A stretch of DNA of 24,000 nt from Photobacterium aphoticum (GTDB lineage: Bacteria; Pseudomonadota; Gammaproteobacteria; Enterobacterales; Vibrionaceae): assembly GCF_001029435.1 (NCBI RefSeq), contig NZ_LDOV01000053.1:14592-38591 (forward strand). Direction: 5' to 3'. The notes below the pieces were generated by a model. It saw only the letters and a list, made by a program, of their open reading frames with translations. It was not told where the DNA came from and made no database searches. The position numbers were made by a program, and so were the translations under genes. Positions 21,796 through 24,000 of the stretch are shown in pieces (positions within the stretch are counted from its first letter, which is position 1; each line of letters opens with the position of its first letter).

Positions 21796-24000
21796 ATGAA
21801 AAAGACTCTCCTTGCTGGCCTGCTTGGTAGTGTATTAGCGGCTCCTTATGCCGTTGCTGCACCTGCTCATGATGCTGTTTCCGAACAACAATATGTCGCC
21901 GATATGCAAACCATGCATCGCATGATGAACGAACGTATCGAAGAGCTACGCGAATACGCGAGCCATGAAGAAAATATTATTCATCGCAATGAGCGTCGCT
22001 TTATCATGGTTGATGGTCGTGAATATGAAGTGGGGGAAAATAATTACCTGTACTTTGATATTCCTCGTCCTTTCCATAACGAAGAAATGTTCCGCCACAT
22101 CTTCGGCTTCTTTAATGAAGATTGGGAACTGAGCCTGTACGCACGTGGCATGGTGGCCGTAAACCGCATTTACGGTAACTACGACTACGGCAACGGCTGT
22201 TTGATGGAATACAACCCATCACGCCCATTCACGGCCGCTGATGGTAGCAAAACACCATTTTCACTAGAGATCAGCACCTGTCAGGTGGATGAGGGCCGCT
22301 CTCACCAAACGTTGCGTTACTTGGGTAAAGGCACCCCAATCACACATGAAACCTTCGGCTACGCACAATCGGGTGATTTCATCCCTGAATCTGTCGCGCT
22401 GCACGGTGACAAAGTCTACGTCGGTAACACCCACAGCGGTTTCTCACGCATCGACCGCTACGACATGCGCACCCAAAAAGCCCTACCGCCAATCACGGGC
22501 TTCACCCTGAACGGTCAGGAAGAAACCTACCGTATCGTGAGTGATGTGACGGAGCATAATGGCCGTCTGTTTGTGGCTTCTCTGTCCTCTAACCGCGTCG
22601 ATGTTTACGATCTGAATAACAACGATGAAATCATCATGTCACTGGGTACCGGCGTGTACTGGGGCGACAAGTTTGTTGATGCCCTCACCCACCCGTACAG
22701 CGTGGCAGCCAATGACGAATATGTTTTTGTTGCGGACATTACCGGTAAGATCTCCATCTACCGACAAAGTGACGTTACGCAGGCCAACCACAAACGCGCG
22801 GTGAAACACGCCTTCTTTGATTTGCCAGACAGTAACAGTATCTACCGCAACATCAAGATGGAAGTGGTCGCTAACGAGCTGATCGTCAGCTTCGACAACA
22901 GCAAAACATATGTGTTTGGCATTGATCAGATCGAACCAGGTCAAACCTTGATCCCAGCGAAGCAGATCATCAACAAATCACAGCGTCGTAATGTCTTTGA
23001 AGCACAAAATGGCACCGTATTTACAGGTACCAGCCAAGGTAAAGTAGAGCTATTCAACAAGGGCGATCTGCAATTCAACGAACACGGTATCGCGACGACG
23101 CCTGCGTATGAGTTCAGCACCTACTTCAATGAAAAATTAGACAAAGAAGTGGCAACCAAAGCCAGCTGGGATCTTGCGGCAAACACCGACACGCTGGCGA
23201 TGCTACAGGACAACACGATCCTGCTGGCGGATATGGAATCGCTAAAAGTCTACGTGAACAATGCTCCGGCTTGGGATCCTGCACCAGAGCTTGATCTGAA
23301 CGCATATGAAGTCAAAAGAAAGCCATTGCTGACGAACGAAGAAAGCTGGGAAAGCCTGACGCAAAACCACGAAGTGCGCGTCAATCGCCTGCTTTCAGGT
23401 AAACAGCGTTTGGATAGTTTAGAAATCATCAGCTACGCCGCACAGCGCACGTTCGATCTGGATGTTGAAGCACGCTTTGGTAAAACCGGCCCATGGGTGA
23501 AACTGGGTTCAATCAGCGAGTTGGAGCCATTTACATCGTTCAAGCTGGATCAAACACTGGAAGACAACGTCTACTACCCAACCACCAATGATGGGCAGTC
23601 TGTCACGGTGATGGGTCTGAAAGATGTGTCGTACATGCCAGCTAACCTGATCGACATTCGCCTGACATCAGACACCGACACTTTCGTTCAGAAGATTACC
23701 GATCTGAAACCAAACTGGCGCCTGCGCTTTGGTACCTACAGCCCAGAAACCCACGGTAACTGGGGTCGAATTACGGGTCCTTACGCCCGTGAGTGGATGA
23801 TCATGATGGCAAACTTTGCTTACATCATGAACAGCCCAGAGTTTGAACACATTTGGTTCAACTACAAAGAGACCTGGGGTCAAGGCACCAGCGAGTTCTT
23901 TGGTGATGCCGGCCAAGTGGACGCACCAAACGGTAACTTCACCGCTGAAGATTACGCACGTGTTTACCAAAACTTCATGAACCGTGATCTGATTGAACTG
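21796..24000 (+). CDS. Large secreted protein with beta-propeller-like repeats, function unknown (3' partial, >=735 aa)
   Basis: My hand translation from the ATG at 21796 is open to the window end, with no stop in 735 codons. It is absent from the ORF track, presumably because no stop lies within the window. Sec signal MKKTLLAGLLGSVLAAPYAVA|AP. Repeated strand motifs: DKVYVGNTHSGFSRIDRYD, GRLFVASLSSNRVDVYD, EYVFVADITGKISIYR, ELIVSFDNSKTYVFG, GTVFTGTSQGKVELFN. The only in-frame ATG after the upstream stop at 21691 is 21796. Confidence 0.8.
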   Translation, partial: MKKTLLAGLLGSVLAAPYAVAAPAHDAVSEQQYVADMQTMHRMMNERIEELREYASHEENIIHRNERRFIMVDGREYEVGENNYLYFDIPRPFHNEEMFRHIFGFFNEDWELSLYARGMVAVNRIYGNYDYGNGCLMEYNPSRPFTAADGSKTPFSLEISTCQVDEGRSHQTLRYLGKGTPITHETFGYAQSGDFIPESVALHGDKVYVGNTHSGFSRIDRYDMRTQKALPPITGFTLNGQEETYRIVSDVTEHNGRLFVASLSSNRVDVYDLNNNDEIIMSLGTGVYWGDKFVDALTHPYSVAANDEYVFVADITGKISIYRQSDVTQANHKRAVKHAFFDLPDSNSIYRNIKMEVVANELIVSFDNSKTYVFGIDQIEPGQTLIPAKQIINKSQRRNVFEAQNGTVFTGTSQGKVELFNKGDLQFNEHGIATTPAYEFSTYFNEKLDKEVATKASWDLAANTDTLAMLQDNTILLADMESLKVYVNNAPAWDPAPELDLNAYEVKRKPLLTNEESWESLTQNHEVRVNRLLSGKQRLDSLEIISYAAQRTFDLDVEARFGKTGPWVKLGSISELEPFTSFKLDQTLEDNVYYPTTNDGQSVTVMGLKDVSYMPANLIDIRLTSDTDTFVQKITDLKPNWRLRFGTYSPETHGNWGRITGPYAREWMIMMANFAYIMNSPEFEHIWFNYKETWGQGTSEFFGDAGQVDAPNGNFTAEDYARVYQNFMNRDLIEL

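Overview
This is a chromosomal-looking gammaproteobacterial segment. Gene order from 10.0 to 17.3 kb matches the E. coli ygjH-ebgR-ebgA-ebgC-ygjI neighbourhood; mid-range GC and the secreted proteins suggest a Vibrionaceae-like host, but that is a guess. I found no rRNA, tRNA, CRISPR array, transposase or integrase. (1) 86-4707, minus strand: a complete terZ-terA-terB-terC-terD-terE operon. (2) 4987-8960, plus strand, divergent from terZ: four genes with overlapping stop and start codons. They encode a PRPP-loop phosphoribosyltransferase, a HAD phosphatase, a second StiP-type PRTase-like protein and a CitE/HpcH-type C-C lyase. This matches the ter-linked 'nucleoside-like metabolite' module predicted by comparative genomics, whose product and mechanism have, to my knowledge, never been determined. 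It is the best candidate for an uncharacterised system here. (3) 9208-18905: a pirin gene, ygjH (tRNA-binding protein), ebgR, ebgA, ebgC and two tandem YgjI-like APC transporters. Recurring AGTAAAA-N-TTTTACT palindromes look like EbgR operators. (4) 19200-24000: a small secreted protein with a PEP-CTERM-like C-terminal sorting signal, a convergent PLP-dependent group II decarboxylase, and a large signal-peptide protein with beta-propeller-like repeats that runs off the window and is therefore missing from the ORF track. Several ORF-track starts are over-extended; I corrected them using RBS position and homolog length (terE, terB, terZ, HAD, pirin, ygjH, ebgR, ebgA, PEP-CTERM-like gene). All family assignments rest on motif reading and recalled homolog sequences, not on searches.
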